A stretch of DNA of 64,000 nt from assembly GCA_963741945.1 (NCBI GenBank), contig CAVUKA010000004.1:96001-160000 (forward strand). Direction: 5' to 3'. How positions within the stretch are numbered: position 1 is the stretch's first letter; every line of letters begins with the position of its first letter. This DNA is from an uncultured Gemmatimonadales bacterium (GTDB lineage Bacteria; Gemmatimonadota; Gemmatimonadetes; Longimicrobiales; RSA9). The notes below the pieces were generated by a model, which searched no databases, was not told the origin of the DNA, and worked only from the letters and a program-made list of their open reading frames with translations. A program made the translations under genes and the position numbers. Positions 46,918 to 55,560 of the stretch are shown here, in pieces.

Positions 46918-48366
46918 ATGACGGTCCGGGCCCGGCTCCTCGTGACCATCGGTGGGATCATCCTCCTGCTGGTGCTCCCCTCGCTCTACGGCATCACCCA
47001 GCTGCGGCGGGTCCGCGCCATCGCCGAGGGACTCGAGGAAGTCCACGCCGGCGACGTCCTCACTCTCGGGAATCTGCGCGCCGAGCTGGCGGAGCTCGAT
47101 CGCATGGTCCGCAGCTACGTCGTGGAACCCGCCGCCGAGTACCGGCAGGGCGCGAGCTCGGAAATCCGGGGCGCCCACCACAATCTCGACAGGCTCGCGA
47201 GCTCCGGGCTGGACGGTGAGGTGTCCGCGGCGCGTGCCCGGCTCGACTCGCTCGATAACGGCGTCCGTCGCCTGGAGCAGATGATGGAATCGGGCCGGCG
47301 TGACGAAGCCACCAGCTTCCTCCTCAACCACGTCCGGCCGCTCATCGAAGGGATGCGGGCATCCCTCGGGTCCGTGGCCACCGCGCTCGACGAACGCGGC
47401 AAGCAGGCCGTGCGGGAAGCCCAGGTGGTCAGCGCCGCCGCCACCCGCACCACCATGCTCGTGGTCGTCATCGCGCTCCTCCTGACCATCATCCTCGGCC
47501 TCTGGACCACGGACGCATTGTCCCGTCCGCTCCGCCGCCTCTCGGAGGCCACCGGGGCGGTGGCCGGAGGAGACTTCAAGGCGCCCCCCCATCTCGACTA
47601 TGACCGCGCCGACGAGATCGGGCACCTCTCCCGCTCCTTCGCGCTCATGACCGAGCAGCTCACCGAGCTCGACCGCCTCAAGGCCGAGTTCGTCAGCCTG
47701 GCCACGCACGAGCTGAAGACCCCGATCAACGTCATCATGGGCTACACCGAGCTCATGGAAGAGGGCCTCTACGGCGACCTCGCCCCCAGGCAGAAGGAGA
47801 TCACGGGGCTGATCCGCGACCAGGCCGGCTCCCTCAGCAGGCTCGTCAATCAGCTCCTGGACCTCTCCCGCTTCGAGGCCGGCGGGCTCAGGATCGAGCC
47901 CGCTCCCGTCGAGCTGGCCGGCCTCCTCACCGACGTCGAGGCGGCGTTCCGCGCGCTGGCCACACAGAAGCGGGTCCGCTTCGAGATCGAGCTGCAGGAT
48001 TCCGCGCCCGACATGGTGGTGATGGACAGGGACCGGATCCGTCACGAAGTCCTCGGCAACCTCCTCGCCAATGCGTTCAAGTTCACGGACACGGGCGGCA
48101 CCGTCCGCGTGCGGGCGTGGGGAGACGATGGCGCCGTCCACATCACGGTGAACGACACCGGGGCCGGCATCCCGCAGGACCAGCTGGAGCACGTCTTCGA
48201 CAAGTACTACCAGGTGGGAGCGGAAGCCAAAGCCCAGGGGAGTGGTCTCGGCCTCGCCATTGCCAAGCAGGTGGTCGACGGGCACCACGGTCGAATCACG
48301 GTCTCCAGCACGGTCGACCAGGGGACCACCTTTCACGTTACGCTCCCGGAAGGTGGCGGCGAATGA
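46918..48366 (+). CDS. HAMP-domain sensor histidine kinase
   Basis: Two TM, HAMP (DEIGHLSRSF), THELKTP, NLLANAFKFT, DTGAGI, GSGLGL. Confidence 0.95.
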   Translation: MTVRARLLVTIGGIILLLVLPSLYGITQLRRVRAIAEGLEEVHAGDVLTLGNLRAELAELDRMVRSYVVEPAAEYRQGASSEIRGAHHNLDRLASSGLDGEVSAARARLDSLDNGVRRLEQMMESGRRDEATSFLLNHVRPLIEGMRASLGSVATALDERGKQAVREAQVVSAAATRTTMLVVVIALLLTIILGLWTTDALSRPLRRLSEATGAVAGGDFKAPPHLDYDRADEIGHLSRSFALMTEQLTELDRLKAEFVSLATHELKTPINVIMGYTELMEEGLYGDLAPRQKEITGLIRDQAGSLSRLVNQLLDLSRFEAGGLRIEPAPVELAGLLTDVEAAFRALATQKRVRFEIELQDSAPDMVVMDRDRIRHEVLGNLLANAFKFTDTGGTVRVRAWGDDGAVHITVNDTGAGIPQDQLEHVFDKYYQVGAEAKAQGSGLGLAIAKQVVDGHHGRITVSSTVDQGTTFHVTLPEGGGE

Positions 48367-49271
48367 ACCGCGTCTGGGACGCCGTGGTCATCGGCGCGGG
48401 CCCGGCCGGCCTGTCGGCCGCGCTGTGGCTGGCCCGCTACCGGCGTCGCACGCTGGTCATGGATGACGAACAGCCCAGGAACCGCGCAGCCTGGGCCGTT
48501 CACGGATACCCGGGGATCCGGGATCCTCGACCGGAAGTGCTGCGACAGCGGATGGACGAGCAGGCTCGCGCCGCGGGCGCCATCATCGAGCGGTGCCGCG
48601 CCGTCGGAGTGGTGGGCGCCCGCGACGACTTCACCGTCCGTCAGCACGACGGAGACCAGACCAGCGCCCGCCGGCTCCTCCTCGCCTACGGCCGAACGGA
48701 TCGCGTCCCCGACATCCCCGGGCTCCGCTCACTCCTGGGAAGCTCCGTGTTCCACTGCCCTGACTGCGACGGGCCCAGTGTCACCGACCTGCGCGTCGGC
48801 GTGCTCGGCCACGACCGGAACGCGGCCGAGCTCGCTCTCTTCCTCCTGACCTGGACGCCCGATGTACGGCTCTTCACTCATGGACGCGAGCCGGACCTCG
48901 AGCCCCGCATCCTCCGGCTCCTGGATGACAACGGTATCGCCATCGAGAACGCCACGATTCACCGGGCTGTCGGTCGCGCGGGAGGTCTCGAGCACCTCGA
49001 CACGGACCGGGGCAGCCTCCCCGTGGACGCCCTCTTCTTCCACTGGGGCAGTCAGCCCTCTACCACCATCGCGGCGACGCTGGGCTGCGACTGCTACTCC
49101 TCCGGCGACATCCGGGTCAACGGCCGGACCCTCGAGACTTCCGTCCCCGGCGTCTATGGCGCCGGCGACATCATCGGCCGCCCGTATCTCGCCATCAGCG
49201 CCGCCGCCGAGGGCGTCCGCGCGGCCCTCGCCATCCACCGATCCCTTCTCCCCCCCGAGTTCGACCTCTGA
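48363..49271 (+). CDS. Thioredoxin reductase-like FAD/NAD(P) oxidoreductase
   Basis: IGAGPAGLSAA, FHCPDCDG, TSVPGVYGAGD; ATGA-coupled to kinase. Confidence 0.9.
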   Translation: MNRVWDAVVIGAGPAGLSAALWLARYRRRTLVMDDEQPRNRAAWAVHGYPGIRDPRPEVLRQRMDEQARAAGAIIERCRAVGVVGARDDFTVRQHDGDQTSARRLLLAYGRTDRVPDIPGLRSLLGSSVFHCPDCDGPSVTDLRVGVLGHDRNAAELALFLLTWTPDVRLFTHGREPDLEPRILRLLDDNGIAIENATIHRAVGRAGGLEHLDTDRGSLPVDALFFHWGSQPSTTIAATLGCDCYSSGDIRVNGRTLETSVPGVYGAGDIIGRPYLAISAAAEGVRAALAIHRSLLPPEFDL

Positions 49272-49321
49272 GGCCCGGCCCCCGCTGGCGGGCCGCCGCC
49301 CCTCGGGCCTACTTTCGTCCC

Positions 49322-49588
49322 ATGAAACGTGATCCTCGAGGCCACCACCTGGCCACGGTCAGTCACGACGGACGCTTCTGGGATGCCTACCTCGAAGTCG
49401 ACGAGTCCCCGGACCGTGGCCACCCCGTCCGCGGTCGCATCGCCTTCTCGGCCGCCGATGACCCGGACGCCGAGCCCGTACGCACCGCCACCATCTTCCT
49501 CGAGGACTCGGCACAGGAGGTCCTCGCCCGCGCGCGCGACTTCAAGACCCACCAGCTCATCGCGCTGCTCCGCTCTTCGGCACCCTGA
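49322..49588 (+). CDS. Hypothetical protein
   Basis: 88 aa, GC-rich third positions, -10-like box just upstream. Confidence 0.65.
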   Translation: MKRDPRGHHLATVSHDGRFWDAYLEVDESPDRGHPVRGRIAFSAADDPDAEPVRTATIFLEDSAQEVLARARDFKTHQLIALLRSSAP

Positions 49589-49602
49589 ACCCGCGGGGCC
49601 GA

Positions 49603-50325
49603 CTACCGCGAGCCGGCGGCCGGCGCCGTGCCCGTCCACGCCAGCACCGACGCCCGGCCGGCACGCGCGAATACGTGCATCGGGTACTGGTGGCAGGTTG
49701 GCGTGTTGGTCCCGTTGACGCACCCGTTGTATCGCAACAGCGCCCGCTCCACCTGCCCCCCGGATTCCCGGAAGTAGCGCGCGAAGATCCGCGCACCCTG
49801 ACAGATGTTCGTTTCAACGTCTTCCAGGTCGCGCCCGCACTCGGGATAGCTCTGCCGATGCACCGGCATCACCTGCATGAGGCCCACAGCCCCCACCGGG
49901 CTGCGCGCCGTCGGATCCAGCCACGGGTTCTCCACCAGCAGGACCGCAAGCAGAAGCCGCGGATCCATACCCACACGGTTCGACTCGCGCACCAGGGACA
50001 CCGCCACCCGCGTCGCGAGCGCGCGCTGGTTCCGGTACCGAAGCAGCACACGCTCGATCGGCGCCACTTCCGCGTTGTAGTACCGTCCCGCCTGTGCCCA
50101 CGCCTCCCGCACGCGCGCTACGCGCGCGGACATCTCCTGCAGCCCCGGCGACACCTCCGGCGCCGCCGCCTCCGGTGACCGTCCGCCGTCCCGCACCGAA
50201 GCGCCGGCCGGCGCTTGCGCATGGAACGCCCCGACCACCAGGCCGATCCCCACCAGCACGACTGACGGCAAACGCCGCCGCCGCGCAGGACGGGTGAATA
50301 TGGATTTGGCCAGATCTATGTACAT
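49603..50325 (-). CDS. Lytic transglycosylase (SLT domain), paralog of 24301-25083
   Basis: LLVEN, GAVGLMQVMP, ALLRYNG; GGAGG upstream. Confidence 0.88.
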   Translation of the reverse strand: MYIDLAKSIFTRPARRRRLPSVVLVGIGLVVGAFHAQAPAGASVRDGGRSPEAAAPEVSPGLQEMSARVARVREAWAQAGRYYNAEVAPIERVLLRYRNQRALATRVAVSLVRESNRVGMDPRLLLAVLLVENPWLDPTARSPVGAVGLMQVMPVHRQSYPECGRDLEDVETNICQGARIFARYFRESGGQVERALLRYNGCVNGTNTPTCHQYPMHVFARAGRASVLAWTGTAPAAGSR

Positions 50326-50534
50326 CTCCACCACCTCCCGCGTCCGCTTTGCAGAAAGTAGGGGCCGCCGGGCGGCCCCTACGGACGCGGACGGGTGCAA
50401 GCCGCATACCTCGGGAGCCGCTTGTAGGGGGCGAGCTTTGCGCCAGGAGGGCGAACGCCTATATTTTGGTGGGGAAACGCGGCCGTTTCGGAAAGGCCGC
50501 TCCAATTTTGTTCGGCGTGGGAGGGACACCTCGA

Positions 50535-50735
50535 ATGGCGCTCTATCGGACGCTGTACTACGGGGACATGACGGTCGGTGTGGGAGGCCGGGTGACGATC
50601 CCGCAGGAGATCCGGGACGATCTCGGGATCGATGACGGCGACCTCATGACCGTGCGGGTGGAGGAGAGCCCGGATGGCACGCGTCAGATGGTGATGTGGC
50701 GTGCCAAGGCCCAGCCGGACGACACGGACGAGTAA
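50535..50735 (+). CDS. AbrB/MazE/SpoVT-family DNA-binding protein
   Basis: GRVTIPQEIRDDLGIDDGD motif. Confidence 0.88.
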   Translation: MALYRTLYYGDMTVGVGGRVTIPQEIRDDLGIDDGDLMTVRVEESPDGTRQMVMWRAKAQPDDTDE

Positions 50736-50755
50736 TCGGGCCGTATCTGCTGGAA

Positions 50756-50794
50756 GCGCCCCGGGACCCTGCGCGAGGCCCCGGGGCGTTTTTC
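50756..50794 (+). terminator. Intrinsic terminator after abrB-like gene
   Basis: GCGCCCCGGG...CCCGGGGCG followed by TTTTT. Confidence 0.75.
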
Positions 50795-50844
50795 ATTGTC
50801 CTGTCCCGGAGCACTCGCCCGGCTCGGCGCGGGGCGGGAGAAGC

Positions 50845-52236
50845 TCAATACTCGAGGTCGACCCAGCGCAGGAGCTCGCGCAGCGGTCCCCGCCCGTCGT
50901 GGTGCCATTCCATCGGCGGCCAGGGGAGGCGATCGAACGTGGTGATGCGGGTGGCGCCGACGCGAGCCAGGGCGTGGGCAATGCCCGGGTGCCGCTCATC
51001 GGTGCAGGCGAGGGCCACGGACTGCAGCCGGGTGGCCATCGGTGCCAGGAGGTCCACCGCATCCTCCAGCTGCTCGATCGGGTGCACGTAGATGAAGCGG
51101 TTCAGGCAGGAGGCCCGGAAGACGGGCTCCGGGTCGTAGACCACCGTCCAGCTCGTCCCCTCCCCGGCGAACACCTGGACCCCTTCTCCCGCGTGGCCCC
51201 GCATCTCGGCGATGCCCCGGGACTGGTGGATGATCGACGCCTCTCCGGCCGAGATGGCTCCCCGGGGCAGCTCCCGTTCGAGGGCGCCGAGTGCGCCGGC
51301 AAGGTCCCGCGCGAAGGCGCGAGCCTCGTCATCGAGCGGACCCTCGACCCAGAGGGCGTGGAGAGAAACACACCCGTGCTGGTCGAACGTGGCCACCGCG
51401 CGGGCGACGCTGCGGGCGAGGGCGCCGCGGTCCCGTGTCAGGGCGGGCGCCGCGATCAGACCGACCGAGAGGCGGGGCCCGTGGACTACCAGGCGGTCAT
51501 GGGCGGGCGCTCGCGCGCGGAAGGAGTCCACGACCTCGTCGCCACCATAGATCACGACGACATCGGCCGCTTCGAGCATGCGCCATTCGGCATCCTCGGC
51601 GCCACCCGGCCAGTAGGTCACGGCCAGCGCGTCGGCGAGGCGTGGGTCCACGGTGGCGAGGGCACGGGCGAAGAGGACGGGCAGCACTGGCTCTCCGGAC
51701 GCCAGCTTCCCGACCATGGGGGACTTCACCAGGAGCGAGCGCACCATGGACGTGACGGCCACGCCCGGCACGTTCCCGGCAAAGACGTGGAACGACAGAC
51801 CGGGGCCGTACGCGCGTGTGCTCCGGCCGTGACCGGCGGGTGCGAACCCATCCAGGACGGCCGGGTCGCCGAGCTCGGTCTGCAGCAGCCGGAGGAGGGC
51901 TCCGGACCGCCAGCCGGCGGTCATGCGGTCCAGGACGAGCGCCGCCATGGGAGCCGAGTACCCGGTGGCCCGGGGGATGAGGCGGACGGCCTCTTCGTGG
52001 AGGGGATCGGACGGGTCCGCGAGACGCGCGGCGGCGCTGTCGATCGCCTCGACGATCTCGCGCACGGGGCGGCGCGCGAGGTCGCGCGCCGCCTGCCGAG
52101 TGGCGCGCACGGTGGCCTCCAGCATGTCCGGCGCGGGAGCCGGGTACGCGCAGCTCAGCGTGCCCACGTCGAGGGTATCGAGCGTGCCAGGCTCCACCCC
52201 GCGCGGCAGTCGGAAGGCCATGAAGCGCTCGCTCAC
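50845..52236 (-). CDS. LuxC-like acyl-CoA/acyl-protein reductase
   Basis: FHVFAGNVPG, YWPGG, YGGDEVV, HGPRLS, FDQHGCVS (catalytic Cys), WHHDG. Confidence 0.9.
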   Translation of the reverse strand: MSERFMAFRLPRGVEPGTLDTLDVGTLSCAYPAPAPDMLEATVRATRQAARDLARRPVREIVEAIDSAAARLADPSDPLHEEAVRLIPRATGYSAPMAALVLDRMTAGWRSGALLRLLQTELGDPAVLDGFAPAGHGRSTRAYGPGLSFHVFAGNVPGVAVTSMVRSLLVKSPMVGKLASGEPVLPVLFARALATVDPRLADALAVTYWPGGAEDAEWRMLEAADVVVIYGGDEVVDSFRARAPAHDRLVVHGPRLSVGLIAAPALTRDRGALARSVARAVATFDQHGCVSLHALWVEGPLDDEARAFARDLAGALGALERELPRGAISAGEASIIHQSRGIAEMRGHAGEGVQVFAGEGTSWTVVYDPEPVFRASCLNRFIYVHPIEQLEDAVDLLAPMATRLQSVALACTDERHPGIAHALARVGATRITTFDRLPWPPMEWHHDGRGPLRELLRWVDLEY

Positions 52237-53363
52237 CCGCCGCCTCCCATGAGGAGGTCCATGGCCAGGGAGCACCCCCTCGGCGTAGCTCCCGGGACCC
52301 GGCCTTCCAGGGCGACGCCTCGCTGGTCCACGCGCCCCAGATCCTCCGTCTGCACGGCCAGCACGCTCCCCAGATTGGCCAGGTCAAGGTGTCGCAGCAG
52401 CCCGGTCTGCCCCGCCGGGAGCGGCGCCAGCGTCTCCGGCTCCACCGCCACCGTGCGCAGCCACGGTGGCCCCTGCTTGCGCGGAGCAGCCTCCACGCCC
52501 CGCGTCGCATCCCTCAAACCGCTGTCGTAGTACTGGGACAGCAGCTCGGTCATCCCGTATTCGTTGACACACGCGTGAGCCGGGAGGCCCAGGCGGTCCG
52601 CGTAGGCCTGCCGCAAGGCATCGGGCGTCACCCGCCGGCCCGCGCCCTTGTACCCGCCCGTATCCATGAGCCGGGACCCCTCGGGCAGGCGCACCTTACG
52701 GCCGTCCCGCGCCAGGGCGTCCAGCCAGTGGATGTACGCCGCGGTCGTCCCGAGCAGGAGCACCGGCCGTTCGTCCGCCTCAGCGACATCCCCCGTCGCC
52801 CCGCCGCCCACGATCGCGCGCTCCAGTGCTTCGAAGTCCACGCCCCCGGCGCTGGCCATGGTGGCGCTTCCCGGCGCGCCGAACGTCGCCATCACGTCGG
52901 CGATCATGAACGCCAGCGAGGAGTCCGGGAGCACGTCCGGCGCGGGCATGAGAGAGAGCATCCGCGGCCGCGCCCCATCCGGGAGGAGGAAAGCTTCGAA
53001 CGTGGGCCGCAGGGAGGCGCGGTAGAGCGCGAGATCCGGCACGTGGTGCTCTCCCCGCCGCTCCGGGCCGCGCGTGGTGCCGCTGGTCCGGAACACCCGC
53101 TCGGCGGGCTTCCCCGGCGCGCTCAGGCGGAGCGCCTTGAACGCGGCGGTCGGAACGGCCGGGATCTCGGTCCAGTGCTCCACTGCTGACGGGGTCCGGT
53201 CCCTGGCCCGGCAATAGGCGGCATACGGGGGCACGGCTTCGAAGCACGCGCGGAACACGCGGAGGGCCAGGACCTCGAACTTCTCGTCGGTGAGGGGGAC
53301 GTCCACTCCCCGCGCGAACAGCGCGATCAGCTCATCGGCCAGCGCGGATTCGTCGCTGGGCAT
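52233..53363 (-). CDS. LuxE-like acyl-protein synthetase
   Basis: IPAVPTAAFK, FRTSGTT, MDTGGYKG, EYGMTELLSQ, DLAN, TEDLG, PRGCS. Confidence 0.9.
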   Translation of the reverse strand: MPSDESALADELIALFARGVDVPLTDEKFEVLALRVFRACFEAVPPYAAYCRARDRTPSAVEHWTEIPAVPTAAFKALRLSAPGKPAERVFRTSGTTRGPERRGEHHVPDLALYRASLRPTFEAFLLPDGARPRMLSLMPAPDVLPDSSLAFMIADVMATFGAPGSATMASAGGVDFEALERAIVGGGATGDVAEADERPVLLLGTTAAYIHWLDALARDGRKVRLPEGSRLMDTGGYKGAGRRVTPDALRQAYADRLGLPAHACVNEYGMTELLSQYYDSGLRDATRGVEAAPRKQGPPWLRTVAVEPETLAPLPAGQTGLLRHLDLANLGSVLAVQTEDLGRVDQRGVALEGRVPGATPRGCSLAMDLLMGGGG

Positions 53364-53369
53364 CCGGCC

Positions 53370-54905
53370 TCACTGGTACCGTATCTCGAAGAACTCCTCC
53401 ACGGCCGTGGCGAACGTGGCCCCTTCCACTGCGTACCGTCCCGCCAGCGGGGACAGGAGGGCCAGCGTCCGCTCGGCCATGGCCCGATAGCTCCGCTCGC
53501 CCGTGCGCCGGTACAGGTCGACGAGCAGCCGGGCGGCGAGGGAGTTCTCCTCGAACGGGCGATCGCGGAACCGGAGCGCGCCGATCGGCGGGATGCTCCG
53601 CGGGTGGTCGGCGAAGCCGCCGCTCTCCTCCCACAGCGTCCGCTCCATGTGGGCGACGAGCCGCCGCGCGCGTTCGAGCGGCGCGTCGTCCTCCGTGGCC
53701 GCGGCCACGGCGACGCACGCCCGTGCCCCATGCAGGAGGTCGAGCAGGAGCCCCGCCGGCGGCTCGGCCCCGTCCGCCGCGTAATGGCGGAGCGACTGCT
53801 CGCCATCCGGCTCCTCCCCGAGCGTGTCGAACAGGACCTGCAACGCTTCGTCGGCCCTGTCCACCCAGTCGCTGCGCCCCAGTCCACGTCCCGCGTCCGC
53901 CAGCGCGGTGATCCACATCCCGCACGAGTCCGCGTACACGGTGTCATCCACCGGTGGTGGCTCCATCCCGGAGCGGGCCGCGCTGTCCGCGGCGTAGTAG
54001 TCGCCGTCGGCGCCCTGGCTACCCGCCCACAGGCCGCCGCGCGTGAGCATCTCGTCCACCCACGACACCGTGCGCTCCGCTGCGCCCAGCCAGTCCTGAC
54101 GTTCCCGCACGGCCGCACCGAACGCGAACGCCGACAGCGCCCGGGCATTCACGGCGAGCAGCTTCTCCGTCTGCGGCCGCGTCCAGTCCGCTTCCAGGGC
54201 GTAATGGAAGAAGCCGCCGGCGTGATGGTCCTCGATGTCGCCGGCGATCATTCCGTCCAGGGTTCGCTCCGCCATCAGCGCCCAGCCGGGATTCCCGGAC
54301 CGCTCCGCCTGCGTGAACAGCAGCTCGATCGCTTCGGCATGTATGAACTTCGGCGCCTCGCCGAAGCCGCCGTTCCGGGGATCGAATTGCTGCTCCGCGC
54401 CCAGCAGCACATCATCGGCAGGCTCCCGGCGGATGATCCCGATCGCCGGGCGCCGCGAGCGAGCGGCCTCCATTGCCTTCCGGCGCCGGGCGATCTCTTC
54501 TTCCAGCTCCTCCCGCCGGTCGCGCCAGCCGTCCAGCACCCCGCGGGCGACGCGCCGCATCTCCTGCGCGGTCACTGCTGTCCCCGCCCAGAAGACTTCG
54601 CCCGTCGGCGCCAGGAACGCGCACGTCGGCCAGCCCTCGGAGATATAGCGCTCCTGGATCTGGGGGCTCCGGTCGGCGTCCACGCGCACGGGGATCAGCT
54701 CTTCGTTCAGCAGCCGGATGACCCCGGCATCCGAGAGCGTGGTCTCATCCAGCTCCTGGCACGCCCGACACCAGGTCGTGGTCAGGACCAGGAGAAGCGG
54801 ACGCTCGCGCTCGGCGGCCTCCTCGAAAGCTTCGGGAGTCCAGTGACGCCACCGGATGTCCCCGGCGCGGTTCTCTCTCGGTGAGAAGCGGAATGGTTCT
54901 GCCAT
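53370..54905 (-). CDS. YyaL/DUF255 thioredoxin-domain protein
   Basis: I.W..W..EAF, WCRAC, VRVDAD, GWPT, GGFGEAPKF, GGFFHY..W..P..EKLL. Confidence 0.88.
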   Translation of the reverse strand: MAEPFRFSPRENRAGDIRWRHWTPEAFEEAAERERPLLLVLTTTWCRACQELDETTLSDAGVIRLLNEELIPVRVDADRSPQIQERYISEGWPTCAFLAPTGEVFWAGTAVTAQEMRRVARGVLDGWRDRREELEEEIARRRKAMEAARSRRPAIGIIRREPADDVLLGAEQQFDPRNGGFGEAPKFIHAEAIELLFTQAERSGNPGWALMAERTLDGMIAGDIEDHHAGGFFHYALEADWTRPQTEKLLAVNARALSAFAFGAAVRERQDWLGAAERTVSWVDEMLTRGGLWAGSQGADGDYYAADSAARSGMEPPPVDDTVYADSCGMWITALADAGRGLGRSDWVDRADEALQVLFDTLGEEPDGEQSLRHYAADGAEPPAGLLLDLLHGARACVAVAAATEDDAPLERARRLVAHMERTLWEESGGFADHPRSIPPIGALRFRDRPFEENSLAARLLVDLYRRTGERSYRAMAERTLALLSPLAGRYAVEGATFATAVEEFFEIRYQ

Positions 54906-54948
54906 GGTGCCATGCACCATAAAGGAAAACGTGACGGCGGGCCAGAGA

Positions 54949-55560
54949 TCAGGGCACAGCGAAACGGTCGCTGCGGGCTTCGTACCGACGCGCAGGCAGG
55001 TCCAGCACCCGGATCAGCAGCCGTTTGAGGCCGGTCCCCACCGCCCCGGGCACGGAGCCACGACCCTGTACCGCGGGGCCGAGCTGTCCGCGCAGCCAGC
55101 GCTCCAGCTCGTCCAGGTCTGAGAGCGAGAGCGTCTCCACGTCCAGGAATACCATGTAGTAGTAGTGCCCGGACTGGTGCGGGACGAGGGGCGCCCTGTA
55201 CGGCGATTCCAGCGCCCGGCGGGCCTCGTCGTAGGTCGCGTAGCTGGCGAGGGAGTCGGCGCCGATCTCGCCGGCCAGAAAGCGTCGGCCGAGGGGCTCG
55301 AACGCCAGCACCGTCTCCCACGTGGCGTCGCCCACGAGGCGATCGAACAGGCGATCGCGCCACAGCTCGACGCGGAACCGCAGGCGGAGGGGGAGCCCCG
55401 AGCGCACGGCCTGCTCGAGCGCAGCGTCGTTGAGCACGCCGCCGGTGATCACGTGGGCCACACCGTCGTCCACGGTCACCGCCAGGGGGCGCTGGGCGGT
55501 GGCGGTGGCGGCCAGGCAGAGAGTGGCCGCAGCGGCCGCGAGTACGGCCCGCCGGATCAT
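54949..55560 (-). CDS. Secreted protein, DUF4390-like
   Basis: Signal peptide; AVRSGLPLRLRFRVEL...FEPL pattern. Confidence 0.6.
   Translation of the reverse strand: MIRRAVLAAAAATLCLAATATAQRPLAVTVDDGVAHVITGGVLNDAALEQAVRSGLPLRLRFRVELWRDRLFDRLVGDATWETVLAFEPLGRRFLAGEIGADSLASYATYDEARRALESPYRAPLVPHQSGHYYYMVFLDVETLSLSDLDELERWLRGQLGPAVQGRGSVPGAVGTGLKRLLIRVLDLPARRYEARSDRFAVP

Noticed and set aside
50430..50500. c-di-GMP-I riboswitch (GGCGCAAAGC and a GAAA-containing hairpin)
   Set aside because: The GGCAAACC P2 element and spacing do not fit; kept only as an unclassified leader
50535..50735. Type II toxin-antitoxin locus
   Set aside because: A terminator follows directly and no toxin ORF is adjacent
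50845..53363. Bioluminescence operon
   Set aside because: No luxA, luxB, luxD or luxG in the window
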